NCBI RefSeq assembly: GCF_046119375.1 | Contig: NW_027362763.1 | Location: forward strand, 319,424,001-319,488,000 | Direction of reading: 5' to 3' | Length of the DNA stretch: 64,000 nt | DNA from: Phyllobates terribilis | Lineage: Eukaryota | In this document: positions 36,860 to 49,659 of the stretch, piece after piece | Layout: every line of letters starts with the position of its first letter | How positions within the stretch are numbered: the first letter of the stretch is position 1 | Made by a program: the position numbers and the translations under genes | The notes under the pieces: model-generated | The model's database searches: none | Seen by the model: the letters and a program-made list of their open reading frames with translations, nothing else | What the model was told of the DNA's origin: nothing

Positions 36860-38700
36860 CATTTTTGCTCACCACACATCTAGATAAATTTCTTGGGGGG
36901 TTTAGTTTCCAAAATGGGGTCACTTGTGGGGGGTTTCCACTGTTTAGGCACATCAGGGGCTCTCCAAACGCAACATGACACATGCAGACCATTCCATCAA
37001 AGTCTGCATTCCAAAATATCACTCCTTCCCTTCTGAGCCTAGCCATGTGCCCAAACAGTGGTTTTCCCCCACATATGGGATATCAGCATACTCAGGAAAA
37101 ATTTAACAAGTTTTGGGGTCCATTTTCTCCTGTTACACTTCTAAAAATTAAAAAATTGGGGCTTTTTGTGGAAAAAATGTGATTTTTTATTTTCACGCCT
37201 CTATATTATAAAACTCTGTGAAACACCTGGGGGTTCAAAGTGCTCACCACACATCTAGATAAGTTCCTTGGGGGGGGTCTATTTTCCAAAATGGGTTCAC
37301 TTGTGGGGGGTTTCCACTGTTTAGGCACATCAGGGGCTCTCCAAACGCGACATTGTGTCCCCTCTCAATTCCAGCCAATTTTTCGGATAAAAATTCAAAT
37401 GGTGCTCCTTCCCTTCCGAGCCTTGCCGTGCGCCCAAACAGTGGTTTTCCCCACATATTGGGTATCAGCGTACTCAGGAGAAATTGCCCATAACTTTGGG
37501 GTCCATTTTTTCTTGTTACCCTTGTGAAAATAAAAATTTGGGTTAAAAGATAATTTTTATAGAAAAAATATAATTTTTTATTTTCACGGCTCTATATTAT
37601 GAAATTCTGTGAAGCACCTGAGGGTTCAAAGTGCTCATCACACATCTAGATAAGTTCCTTGGTGGTTCTAGCTTCCAAAATGGGGTCACTTGTGGGAGGT
37701 TTTCACTGTTTAGGTACATCAGGGTCTCTCCAAACGCAACATGGTGCCCGCTCTCAATTCCAGCTAATTTTGCGTTCAAAAAGTCAAACGGTGCTCCTTC
37801 CCTTCCAAGTCCTGCAGTGCGACTAAACAGTGGCTTTTCCCCACATATGGGGTATCAGCATACTCAAGAGAAATTGCACAACAACTTTGGGGTCTGATTT
37901 TTCCTGTTACCTTTGTGAAAATAAAAATATGGGTTAAAACATAATTTTTGTGGAAAAAATTCGATTTTTTATTTTCACAGCTCTATATTATAAACCTCTG
38001 TGAAACACCTGGGGGTTCAAAGTGCTCACCGCACATCTAGATAAGTTCCTTGGGGGTTCTAGTTTCCAAAATGGGGTCACTTGTGGGAGGTTTTCACTTT
38101 TTAGGCACATCAGGGGCTCTCCAAATGCAACATGGTGCCTGCTCACTTCCAGCCAATTTTGCATTCAAAAAGTCAAACGGTGCTCCTTCCCTTCCAAGCC
38201 CTGCTGTGCACCAAAATAGTGGTTTTCCCCACATATTGGGTATCAGCGTACTCAGGAGAAATTGCTCAACAACTTTTGGGGTTATTTTATCCTGTTACCC
38301 TTGTGAGAATAAAAAAATTTGAGGCTAAAAGATTATTTTTGTGGAAAAAAATTAGATTTTTTATTTTAACATCTCTACATTATAAGCTTCTGTGAATCAC
38401 CTGGGCTTTCAAAGTGCTCACCACACATCTAGATAAGTTCCTTGAAGGGTCTAGTTTCCAAAATCGGGTCACTTGTGGTGGGTTTCCACTGTTTAGGCAC
38501 ATCGGGGGCTCTCCAAATGCGACATGGTGTTCGCTCTCAATTCCAGCCAATTTTGCATTCAAAAAGTTAAATGGTGCTACTTCAATTCCAAGCCCTGCCG
38601 TGTGCCTAAACAGTAGTTTTCCCCAACATATGGGTATTAGCATATTCAGGAGAAATTGCACAACAACTTCTGAGGTCGATTTTCTCCTGTTACCCTTGTG
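36860..38700. repeat. ~391-bp tandem repeat, about 5 copies, 3' of the piggyBac ORF
   Basis: GTGCTCA(C/T)C(A/G)CACATCTAGATAA landmark at ~36866, 37240, 37631, 38022, 38414. Confidence 0.9.
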
Positions 38701-39849
38701 AAAATAAATAATTGATATTCTAAGCTGATTTAGGACCGACTCAAACTTTCAACATATTATGCTCATTTTAGTATATTTGTCCATGGACTTCTCTATTGAA
38801 TTTCAAAAACAGAAAACAATTCAGAGCTGAACTCATGAAATGCCATTTTTAATGTAAGACCAACATCTTTCAAAAAGGATTATACAGCTATTCTGAAGTG
38901 TATTTTCAAAGTAAGTACACCAGCCTTATCAGGCCAAAAAGATTTATGTAGTTATGTATGCAGTTTGTATTGTGAAATCTGATCATAGATCCATTTTAAT
39001 TAATCTAAAAATTGAAAACTGAAACAACACTGCAAAATAGTATTGATAGTATTGATTAAATATAGATCTTCTAGATAGACCTAAATGACTTCATGGTTAC
39101 AGGCTATAAAGAAACCCTGCATATCCCAATCTTGCACTAATATTGCAGTGTTTCTGTAACACGGCAAACATTGATTTGGTTATACTTAGCGATGAGCAAG
39201 CATGCTCGCTACTGCTCGGTGCTCGCCGAGTATTTCCGGGGTTGCTTGGTGGGAGCTCGGGTCTCCTCCCTGCATGTTTGGTGCTCTTTACAGAGCCAAA
39301 GAACATGCAGGGATTGCCTACCACTCACTGTAATGCCGTAGCCATGTTGGTTGTGGCATTACAGTGATTGGCTTGCCGCACAGCGTCATCAGATCTATAT
39401 CAGACCTGGCGCCGCCATGCTCGTCACAGTCACTCCGGAATCAGACAGTGTAGGGAGAGGTGCTGCTGAGCTAGGGAGAGATTTGCTTGTTTCTAGTTAG
39501 TGTAGGTTTACCAAACTATATTACAGACACATATCTATCTCAACAAGCAGTCCTTCTGAGGACTAATCCATCTGCAGAGATATCAGGCAGGCAGTGTATA
39601 TAGGCAGGCAGGGTATATAGCAGACTGCAGTGCACATAGCACAAGAGGCTCCATTCCAGTTTTGTCTGCTGCTGTTAGATATTTCTAGAATTAGGCCCAG
39701 GTCTAAGGGGCCAGGAATAATTATTTTTTGGATCTTAATCCTCATTATTTGCTTAAAAAGCAATCCAGAGAACACCATTGTTCTGCGTCATTTGGTCGTT
39801 GGCACTGCAGAATACAGCCAGGTCCTTTCCATATTACAGTGCTAAAAAT

Positions 39850-42070
39850 CCAGCTATTTAAAACTGTGGTTTGTCCGTCACATGGATCACATATAATTGC
39901 GCTGAAAATACTGCTATTTCTGGCATCCAATAAAAATTTGTTTCAGTGTGTCAGTGAAACAATTGACACCAGTTTGCTGTTCAAAATAGTTACCTACAGG
40001 CCAGGTATTTAAAACTGTGTTTTCTCCGTCACACAGATCACATATACGTTTTCAGAAAATACTGCCATTTGTTGCCTCCATTAAAACATTTTTTAGTGTG
40101 TCAGTGACGCAATTGACACCAGTTTGCTGTTGAAAATAGTTACCTACAGGCCAGCCATTTAAAACTGTGTTTTCTCCGTCACACGGATCACACATACGTT
40201 TTCAGAAAATACTTCCATTTCTGGCCTCCATTAAAAATTTGTTTCAGTGTGTCAGTGAAGCAATTGACACCAGTTTGCTGTTCAAAATAGTTACCTACAG
40301 GCCAGGTAATTAAAACTGTGTTTTCTCCGTCACACAGATCACATATACGTTTTCAAAAAATACTGCCATTTGTTGCCTCCATTAAAACATTTTTTTCAAT
40401 GTGTCAGTGACGCAATTGACACCAGTTTGCTGTTGAAAATAGTTACCTACAGGCCAGGTATTTAAAATAGTGGTTTGTCCATCACACGGATCACATATAC
40501 GTTTTCAGAAAATACTGCCATTTCTGACCTCCATTAAAAATTTATTTCAGTGTGTCAGTGAAGCAACTGACACCAGTTTGCAATTCAAAATAGTTACCTA
40601 CAGTGCAGGTATTTAAAACTGTGTTTGCTCCGTCACACAGATCACATATACGTTTTCAGAAAATGCTTCCATTTCTGGTCTCCATTAAAAATTTGTTTCA
40701 GTTTGTCAGTGAAGCAATTGACACCAGTTTGCTGTTCAAAATAGTTACCTACAGGCCAAGTAATTAAAACTGTGTTTTCTCCATCACACAGATCACATAT
40801 ACGTTTTCAGAAAATACTGCCATTTTTTGCCTCCATTAAAATATTTTTTCAGTGTGTCAGTGACGCAATTGACACCAGTTTGCTGTTGAAAATAGTTACC
40901 TACAGGCCAGGTATTTAAAACTGTGGTTTGTCCGTCACATAGATCACATATACGTTTTCAGAAAATACTGCCATTTCTGACCTCCATTAAAAATTTGTTT
41001 CAGTGTGTCAGTGAAGCAATTGACACCAGTTTGCTGTTCAAAATAGTTACCTACAGGCCAGCTATTTAAAACTGCGTTTTCTCCGTCACATGGATCACAT
41101 TATATGTTTCAGAAAATACTGCCATTTCTGACCTCCATTAAAAATTTGTTTGTGTGTCAGTGAAGCAATTGACACCAGTTTGCTGTTGAAAATAGTTACC
41201 TACAGGCCGAGTATATAAAACTGTGGTTTGTCCGTCACGGATCACATATACGTTTTCAGAAAATACTGCCATTTCTGACCTCCATTAAAAATTTGTTTCA
41301 GTGAGTCAGTGAAGCAATTGACACCAGTTTGCTGTTCAAAATAGTTACCTACAGGCCAGGTATTTAAAGCTGTGTTTTCTCCGTCACACGGATCACATAT
41401 ACGTTTTCAGAAAATACTGCCATTTCTGACCTCTATTAAAAATTTGGTTCAGTGTGTCAGTGAAGCTTTTGACACCAGTTTGCTGTTCAAAATAGTTACC
41501 TACAGGCCAGCCATTTAAAACTGTGTATTCTCCGTCACATGGATCACATATACGTTTTCAGAAAATACTGCCATTTCTGACCTCCATTAATTTTTTTTTT
41601 GTGTCTCAGTGAAGCAATTGACACCAGTTTGCTGTTGAAAATAGTTACCTACAGGCCGAGTATATAAAACTGTGGTTTGTCCGTCACACGGATCACATAT
41701 ATGTTTTCAGAAAATACTGCCATTTCTGACCTCCATTAAAAATTTGTTTCAGTGTGTCAGTGAAGCAATTGACACCAGTTTGCTGTTCAAAATAGTTACC
41801 TACAGGCCAGGTATTTAAAACTGTGCTTTCTCCGTCACACGGATCACATATAGGTTTTCAGAAAATACTGCCATTTCTGACTTCCATTGAAAATTTGTTT
41901 CAGTGTCTCAGTGAAGCAATTGACACCAGTTGGCTGTTCAAAATAGTTACTTACAGGCCAGGTATTTAAAACTGTGTTTTCTCCGTCACACGGTTCACAT
42001 ATACGTTTTCAGAAAATACTGCCGTTTCTGGCCTCCTTTAAAAATTTGCTTCAGTGTGTCAGTGGTTTGT
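39850..42070. repeat. ~151-bp tandem array (about 14-15 copies) inside the hAT element
   Basis: AA(T/C)TGACACCAG landmark at 39961, 40111, 40262, 40414, 40565 and onward. Confidence 0.92.
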
Positions 42071-42150
42071 CCGTCACACGGAACACATATAAGTTTGCTC
42101 CAAATTCAGTCATTTGTAGTGAGTGTTGAAGATATTTTCCTCCATTTAAA

Positions 42151-43276
42151 ATGAGCAAGGCACGTGGCAAGGGACGGGGAACTGGACGTGATGGTGATGG
42201 TGCATTCAGAGGCCGAGGCCGTGGGCAAGCTGAAATTGTGCCACAACAAACACCCACATCTTCTCGCTCGACCTTCCTGTCCCAATTAATAGGGGACTGC
42301 AGAACACCACTATTGAACACAGAGCAGTGTGAAAAGGTTATTGGTTGGATAGCAGATAATGCTTCCAGTCACTTAGCCACCACCACCACCTTGTCTTCCA
42401 CACGGTCAAGTCTCAGTAGCTGTGAGTCTGGACCGCATATTCCTCACCCTGAACCTCCTTCCTTCCACCATTCCGAGTGCTCGAAGACAACTGTTCCCAC
42501 ACTTGGACACTCCGAAGAGCTATTCACTTTTCCATTTATAGATTCGGGCCTCTAGCCCGGTTCAGTTGAAGCGGGGCAAGAGGAGATCGCATGTAGTGAT
42601 GCCCAAATATTTGAGCAGCCACGGTCACACGAAGGCAATGGTAGGAAAGTGTCACAAGAGGTGGACGATGATGAGACACAATTGCCAGAAAGTCAGGAGG
42701 AGGACCAGAGTGCGGAAGTGGAAGACGAGGTGGTGGATGATATAGTAACTAACCCAACCTGGCAGGAGGACATGCAGAGCGACAAGAGCAGCACACAGGG
42801 GGAGGGAGGCAGAGCACCCCAACAGGCAGGAAGTAGCAGTGTGGTGGCCGCAGAAAGAAGGTAGGCAACCGTTCCCCCCACTGTCAAAGTTCTGGGAGCA
42901 TTTTGTCAGCCCCTCCCATCGCACAAGCCCTGAGGCGCGGGGTACTCTCACAAGGAGTGCAAAGTTTGGGAAGATGCTGAGGGAGTACCTAGCCAACCGT
43001 ACCAACATCCTCCGTGATTCCTCTGTGCCTTATAATTATTGGGTATCCAAGGTGGATACGTGGAATGAACTGGCTCTCTACGCCTTTGAGGTCCTGGCCT
43101 GCCCTGCCGCCAGCATTTTATCAGAGCGGGTTTTTAGTGCCGCTGGTGGAATTATAACTGATAAGCGCACCCGCCTGTCAACTGAAAATTCTGACAGGCT
43201 GACTCTTATAAAAATGAACAAGGGCTGGATTGGGCCAGACTTCTCAACACCACTGAATGATAGCAGCGTAACATAA
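42151..43276 (+). pseudogene. hAT transposase, internally deleted (acidic N-terminus fused to the C-terminal dimerisation domain)
   Basis: ...YWVSKVDTWNELALYAFEVLACPAASILSERVFSAAGGIITDKRTRLSTEN matches the hATC motif. Confidence 0.88.
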
Positions 43277-43679
43277 ACTCAAATCCGGTGTCTTTCTTTA
43301 GGAGGTGTATTCCCATGCACATTTTCACAACCACCCATGGGTATATGCTTCCTGATTTTGGCTATTTGCTCTTCTCCTCCTCCTCCTCATCCTCATCCTC
43401 CACCACCATATCACCAGGGTGACCATGGTCTGTGATGCAACACCCACATCATTTTTTTAAAGGGTGTTTAAGATGCCCATAAATAAATTTTTTTATAGAG
43501 TATGTTCATGTATACCCCCCAGGGGTAAATGTTTGTCAGCCCATACACTTAGTACATGGGCATTGCTAGTATAGGAGACCCGCTCCTTTCTAATGGGAAC
43601 ATTTTTTTATGAGGCCCTCTAAGTCTCTTCCAAAGGGCATTGGAGTGCCTCCCAATTTTTGGGAGGCACTCCTATGCCC

Positions 43680-44230
43680 TTGCATTCACTGCATAGGCCA
43701 ACACTATGGGAGACCCTCTCCTTTCTAATGGGAATTTGTCATTACTGTGGCCCTGCTCTATGTGTCTTTAAATTGTTAGTGGGGTTTTTCCTAAATTTGG
43801 TGAGCCGTTGGACTCACTGCATACCCTATAACTGTATAGCAGACTCTCTAATTTCTAATGGGAACATGTCGTACTCGTTACTGTGGCCCTGCTCTATTTG
43901 TCTTTAAATTCTTAGTGGGATTTTGTCTAAATTTGGTCAGCCATTGGACTCACTGCATACCCTATAACTGTATAACAGACTCTTTCCTTTCTAATGGGAA
44001 CATGTCGTACTCGTTACTGTGGCCCTGCTCTATGTGTCTTTAAATTGTTAGTGGGGGTTTTCCTAAATTTGGTCAGCCGTAGGACTCAGTGCATACCCTA
44101 TAACTGTATAGCAGACTCTCTCCTTTCTAATGGGAACATGTCGTACTCGTTACTGTGGCCCTGCTCTATGTGTCTTTAAATTCTTAGTGGGGTTTTTCCC
44201 AAATTTTGGCAGCCCTTGCAGTCACAGCAT
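43680..44230. repeat. 136-bp tandem repeat, about 4 copies
   Basis: GGGAACATGTCGTACTCGTTACTGTGGCCC recurs with period 136 (ORF starts 43858, 43994, 44130). Confidence 0.85.
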
Positions 44231-44729
44231 GGGCATTACCACTATAGGAGACTCGCTCCTTTATAATGGGAACATTTTTTTGACTGAGACCCTCCTCTAT
44301 GTCTCTTCAAAGGGGTATTGGGTTGCGTCCGAATTTTTGGCAGCCCTTGTAGTCACTGCACGCAATAACAGTATAGGAGACCCACTCGTTAATAATGGGA
44401 ACAACAAAGCATAGCCGGCTAATGGCTCTCTAACAATAGCAAGGGGCGACTGCTGGCCTTTTAAGAATAGTAAGGGCCGCCTGATGACCCTATAAAAATT
44501 GGCTTTGTGACTTTCAGAGTCCCTCCATCATAAATGAAACAGGATGTATCTGATGATGTGTCACATACCACATTGCCAGATAAGGTTGTAAAATATTAAA
44601 ATTACATTTCCCGGTGAATGCATTTGTCTTAAAAAATAACGTAAAAAAAAAAAACAGTAGGATCTTTCTTTAGTATAAAAAACAGAGTCGCCAATGTAAC
44701 CTTAATGTAATCACATTGTTCAGCTCCTG

Positions 44730-44970
44730 CACCTCCTCCTCCATCTCCGAAATGACCACATCAGTCACAAGCTGTAAGCACTGCAGCACTGCCTTGGCCA
44801 AGCGGCAACAGGCTGTGCTGAAGATAACATGCTTAATGCTTAGGTGACAAACCGCCGCCCAGTGCTGCAGAGTTGTTGAAAGCTGTAACACAGCAGTCTG
44901 ATCTGGGGCTCTCACCACTGAACATACATCCAGGAATGGTCGTGTGTGACAATGGGCGGAACCTGGTGAT
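44730..44970 (+). pseudogene. Displaced central fragment of the hAT transposase
   Basis: Translates to ..KRQQAVLK..LSPLNIHPGMVVCDNGRNLV (CDNG motif). Confidence 0.7.
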
Positions 44971-45303
44971 GAAGAAATGACAGCCGTAGTAAATACTGTT
45001 TCCCTCTATGCCAGTCCTTTCACCGAGCTAAAGAATATGGCTGTGGTGAAATACAACTCCCACTGAGAAGCTGTTTCAGATTGAAAAACATTGGGCTCAC
45101 CACAGGATTTGATTCTGAGGGCTCACCTTTCTCCCCCGCTCAAGAGCCCCATAGCAGCTGCAAAGTTAGCGCTATCATGAACTCTCCTGATGTACAAGCC
45201 AGAGCACACCAGAGGATTCTCTGGTGGGACCGTCCAACCCTGCCGAGAAGCAGTCCTGGCTAAGAAAAGTGTGTGGACACTCTATGGCTGCTTTTTTACT
45301 GAG

Positions 45304-45428
45304 GTGGAAACCCACGCAAACACGGGGAGAACATACAAAATCCTTGCAGATGTTGTCCTTGCTGGGATTTGAACCCAGGATCCCAGCGCTGCAAGGCTTC
45401 AGTGTTAACCACTGATCCAATGTGCTGC
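45304..45428 (-). mobile_element. tRNA-derived SINE fragment (V-SINE-like)
   Basis: Minus strand: A-box TGGATCAGTGG, B-box GGTTCAAATCC, then GTATGTTCTCCCCGTGTTTGCGTGGGTTTCC. Confidence 0.7.
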
Positions 45429-45559
45429 ATTCACTCTCTGATATCTAACAGGCTGGAGAAACTTGCAGCTACTGCCACTTTATCTTCAGCTCCTTTGTGA
45501 GAAACTAATGTATTTGGGCAGCCACTCAGTCTACCAAATAAAATTCCTGAGAAGGAAAT

Positions 45560-46925
45560 TGGGGATGGCTTCGCTACTGGTACTGGGGGCAGTGCTAATA
45601 CCATGGCGTTGTACCATAGTTTACTGGAAATATTCCAGGCTGCTAGGAGGCAAGCAAATTCCCGCAGAAAAGTATCGGCAGTAATGTTCAGGGACCCTCG
45701 CTTGTGGAAGACGAAGACAACACCGGGAGAAATAGTGGCGGCTGGGGACAGAGTATGGACACGAGGCATGCGACATGAGGTTGTGAAAAGCTTCTGCCTC
45801 CACGAGCCTAAAATGCCACATTTCAAGTGAAAGCAGCTTTAGAGGACTTCTTGGGAGAAATTATAGCCGGAGTAGATTTGGTTTCCCAAGTCCTTTCACC
45901 AAGCTAAAGAATATGGCTGTGGTGAAATACAACTCAGCAAAAAAAGCTGTGGACTGGCTCCATACCGTCCTGGCCACATTCACTTGACCACATGTTTGTG
46001 GTTAGGCGGTCCTTCATAATAAGTTCACTGGGGAGGGCACGAGTAATGTTATGGGACCCGTGCTTGTGGAAGGCGAAGATGATACCGGGAGAAATAGTGG
46101 CGGTTGGGGACCAAGTATGGACACTTGGCCGCCGGCATGAGGATGTGAAAACCTTTTGCCTCCAAAAGCCTAAAAGGCCACATTTCAAGTGAAAGCAACT
46201 TTAGAGGACTTCCTGAGAGAAATGACAGCTGGAGTACATATGATTTCCCAAGTCCTTTCACCAAGGTAGAGAATATGGCTGTGGTGAAATACAACTCAGC
46301 AAAAAAAGCTGTGGACTGGCTCTGTACCGTCCCTGGCCACATTCACTTGACCACATGTTTGTGGCTAGGCGGTCCTTCCCAGTAAGTGCACTGGGGAGGG
46401 CACGGGTAATGTTGTGGGACCCGTGCTCGTGGAAGGTGGAGACGATACCGGGAGAAATAGTGGCGGTTGGGGATCGAGTATGGACACCCAGCCGCCGCCG
46501 GCATGAGGTTGTGAAAAGCGTCCACCTCCATGAGCCTAAAAGGCCACATTTCAAGTGAAATCAGCTTTAGAGGACTTCCTGGGAGAAATGACAGCTGGAG
46601 TAGATAAGGTTTCCCAAGTCCTTTCACCAAGCTAAAGAATATGGCTGCAGTGAAATACAACTCAGCAAAAAAAGCTGTGGACTGGCTCCCTACCGTCCCT
46701 GGCCACATTCACTTGACCACATGTTTGTGGTTAGGCGGTCCTTCCCAGTAAGTTCACTGGGGAGGGCACGGGTAATGTTGTGGGACCCGTGCTTGTGGAA
46801 GGCGGAGACAACACTGGGACAAATAGTGGTGGCTGGGGACCGAGTATGGATACCCGGTCGCCGCCGCCATAAGATTGTGGACAGCTTCCACCTCCATGAG
46901 CCTAAAAGGCCACATTTCAAGTGCA
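45560..46925 (-). repeat. ~365-bp tandem repeat (4 copies) derived from hAT transposase coding sequence, antisense to the element ORF
   Basis: Unit ends at 45826, 46188, 46554, ~46917; minus-strand peptides LEMWPFRL..VP(S/N)RHYFSR and NITRAL..RLTTNMWSSECGQG. Confidence 0.8.
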
Positions 46926-48055
46926 AGCAGCTGTCAAAAATTTGGCAGTATAGTATTGCAGCCTGTGGGTGGGTGGGTGGCTGGCTGCATACTTGCACTT
47001 GCATTCCAAGGAATGGGGTAGGGACAACTGAACGTTGCACTGGGACAAGGACTTGGACGGTGATGGTTGCAAGTCTGCAACAACAGGTGCATGGCGGGAG
47101 GCATCTTCGCGTGCGCCAAGGATCACTTATGATGGGCACACTTTTAGGCAGTGACCTGGGAGTCAGAGATGCTTCCAGGGGTCTTCCCCATGCTGTTCCC
47201 ATGTCATTTCAGCACTGTATGCATATGTCTGATGATATGTCACACACCACATGGCCAGATAAAGTTGTAAAATGTTAAAATGACATTTCCCAGTGAATGC
47301 ATTTGTCTTTGTTGAAAGCAATGCAAAAGTGCAAAAATGCATCAAAAACGCTATGGTGAACATAGCCCAAGGTGTGGAGGAGTATTTTTGGTTTTGGTTA
47401 TTTATTTTGCCTTATATACAAGTCATTACCCTGGAAAGGATGTTCCTTAACATATTTCCTAGGAAAATCCATTTTGGATTCATTTTTGTGTGTTTTATTG
47501 TGAGTCCGTAAAAGTGGCGTAATACCTCTGACAACATTGTTGACAGGAGTGACCTGGGAGTCAGAAATGCTTCCAGGGGTCTTCCCCATGTTGTTCCCAT
47601 GTCATTTGAGCACTGTTCCCATCGATTTGGGCAATTTTTAGGCCCTCTGCAGACCGCCGGGGGGAGCCGCCTGAAAAATGCTCGAGTTTCCCATAGACTT
47701 ACATTGGGCTCGTTGCTCGGGTCGAGCACCCGAGTATTCCAATTTGTTCGACCTGAGCAAAGAGTACCCGGGCATTTTAGTGCTCGCTCAGCACTAGTTA
47801 TACTGAATTCACACATCTGTGATTTTTTTATTCTGCAAAAAAACTTTTTCTTCAATGTACCAGATCAGTTTTTGATTGGTGTTTCCATTCTGTTTTTGTA
47901 TTTCTCATATGAAAAAACCCCCAAATAAACTGATTAAGGTTTCTCAAGCTTCTTCTGGCAACCAGTGAAAAACAGTATACTAATGCCACAAAGATGGCAC
48001 TCATGTGCTGTCCATTTTTTCTACAGACCAGTTACTTAAATTTGTGCATTTGGTT

Positions 48056-48667
48056 CATTATGCAAATTGCCTCTTCAGAGAAAAAGAGGACTTGTACTCT
48101 ATAGCGCCACCTATTGGAAGCAGCAATCCTACAAGTCACAATCAACCCTTTAACGAGTCGTGCAATATGACTTCCAATAGGTAGCGCTATTGAGTACAAG
48201 TCCTCTTTTTCTCTGAAGAGGCAATTTGCATATTAAATTACCCAGAGGAGCATTGCATGGCGAATAAGCCTCCTTACCTTGACGTGCCAGAGCTGGTGTG
48301 TCACTCTCCACAAGGAGAAACGTTACCCCTTAGACCTCAGTCCAGAGCCTCTCACCTAGACAAATCAAATCTCATACTTTGCACTGATGAGGGCCAACAG
48401 CCCGAAACACTGTGTCTGCAAATTGAGATTCTGATTTGGCTTTTATCCTAAGTCATATTGCACAACTTGTTAAAGGGTTGATTGTGACTTGTAGGATTGC
48501 TGCTTCCAATAGGTGGCGCTATAGAGTACAAGTCCTCATTTTCTCTGAAGAGGCAATTTGCATATTAAATTACCCAGAGGAGCATTGCATGGCGAATAAG
48601 CCTCCTTACCTTGATGTGCCAGAGCTGGTGTGTCACTCTCCATAATGAGAAACGTTACCCCTTAGAC
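48056..48667 (+). mobile_element. Retrozyme-like non-autonomous retroelement (332-nt monomer, inverted 5' segment)
   Basis: 11-bp TSD TGCATTTGGTT at 48045-48055 and 48668-48678; direct repeat with period 332; 48059-48173 is the inverse of 48450-48563; contains a hammerhead. Confidence 0.85.
48378..48422 (+). ncRNA. Type I hammerhead ribozyme with canonical core
   Basis: TTTGCA-CTGATGA-GGGC(CAACA)GCCC-GAAACA(CTG)TGTC-TGCAAA; stem I 6 bp, stem II 4 bp, short stem III; predicted cleavage after C48416. Confidence 0.9.
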
Positions 48668-49659
48668 TGCATTTGGTTTACAAATCTAACCAAACTCAGA
48701 CTTGGACTTGACCAATGAGCTGCAAAAAAAACAGACGCGAGAAAAGATCTATATGCCATAATGTGTCCATGTGCTAACAAAAAACTAATAGCATACTATG
48801 ACAAAAATTGCCATTAGATAATTAGAAAGGAGAGGTATGCAGCACAAATGCTATGCTTTAAAGGAAAAGGTTTCAGAAAGGTATTGTACATAGGGTTATA
48901 AAAGTAACGTGAAGTTTTTCTTCTTCATTAAAGTGATGGCATATCACTAGGATGATGACAATATTACATATCCTTATGAGATGATAATACCTCTTGTTAC
49001 GTGAAAAGAAAAAATGCTAAAAAATGTAGATACGCGAAAAGAAACACAAAATAACAATGAGGATCCAGTAGTACAAACATAACCCCACTAAAATATACAA
49101 ATTTTATTAGGTATGTATTAAAAATATTCACATAACAGAAGAGTTGGACAGCTATAAAACTTGCAATGCTTGGACTGGCTGTTGGCTCTCCCGACCCAAG
49201 CATGACAGCTGCATAGAAATACATGTTGTCACTCAGAGGTCTAGAGAACCAACAGTCAGCCCGAGCATTATGTTATGATCCTTGTCCGAGTTACATTGTG
49301 TTTGCCCCGTTGAAATTGTTCCAGAAAATGAAGAATTTCTCCCAGGAAATTATTGCAATTACGCATATTTTGTTATACACGTGTATTTTTTGTGTGTATT
49401 GGAACAACACAAAAAACTGAGAAAAAATGCAAATGGGACAAAATTTCACACAAAACCCCAAAAATGGGCCAGACAAAATTGTTGGCACCTTTCCAAAATT
49501 GAGGGTAAACAACTTTGTTTCAAGCAATTGATGCCCGTTCAAACTCACCTGTGGCAAGTAACAGGCATGGGCAATAGAAAAATCACACCTGAAACTAGAT
49601 AAAAAGGGGAGAACTTGACTCAATCTTTGCATTGTGTGTCTGTGTGTGCCATACTAACC

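Larger units (their letters stand above)
39187..47796 (+). mobile_element. 8.6-kb non-autonomous hAT derivative
   Basis: TIRs TAGCGATGAGCAAGCA / TGCTCGCTCAGCACTA; perfect 8-bp TSD GTTATACT at 39179-39186 and 47797-47804; hAT transposase fragments inside. Confidence 0.92.

Noticed and set aside
36852-38701. Recurrent ORFs such as MLTTHLDKFLGG
   Set aside because: Products of the 391-bp tandem repeat, inconsistent in length and frame
39850-42070. Regular repeat array as a CRISPR candidate
   Set aside because: Whole ~151-bp units repeat without unique spacers; no cas genes; eukaryotic context
45463-47278. Plus-strand ORFs ending HEPKRPHFK
   Set aside because: Reverse-frame read of the amplified transposase fragment; the homology lies on the minus strand
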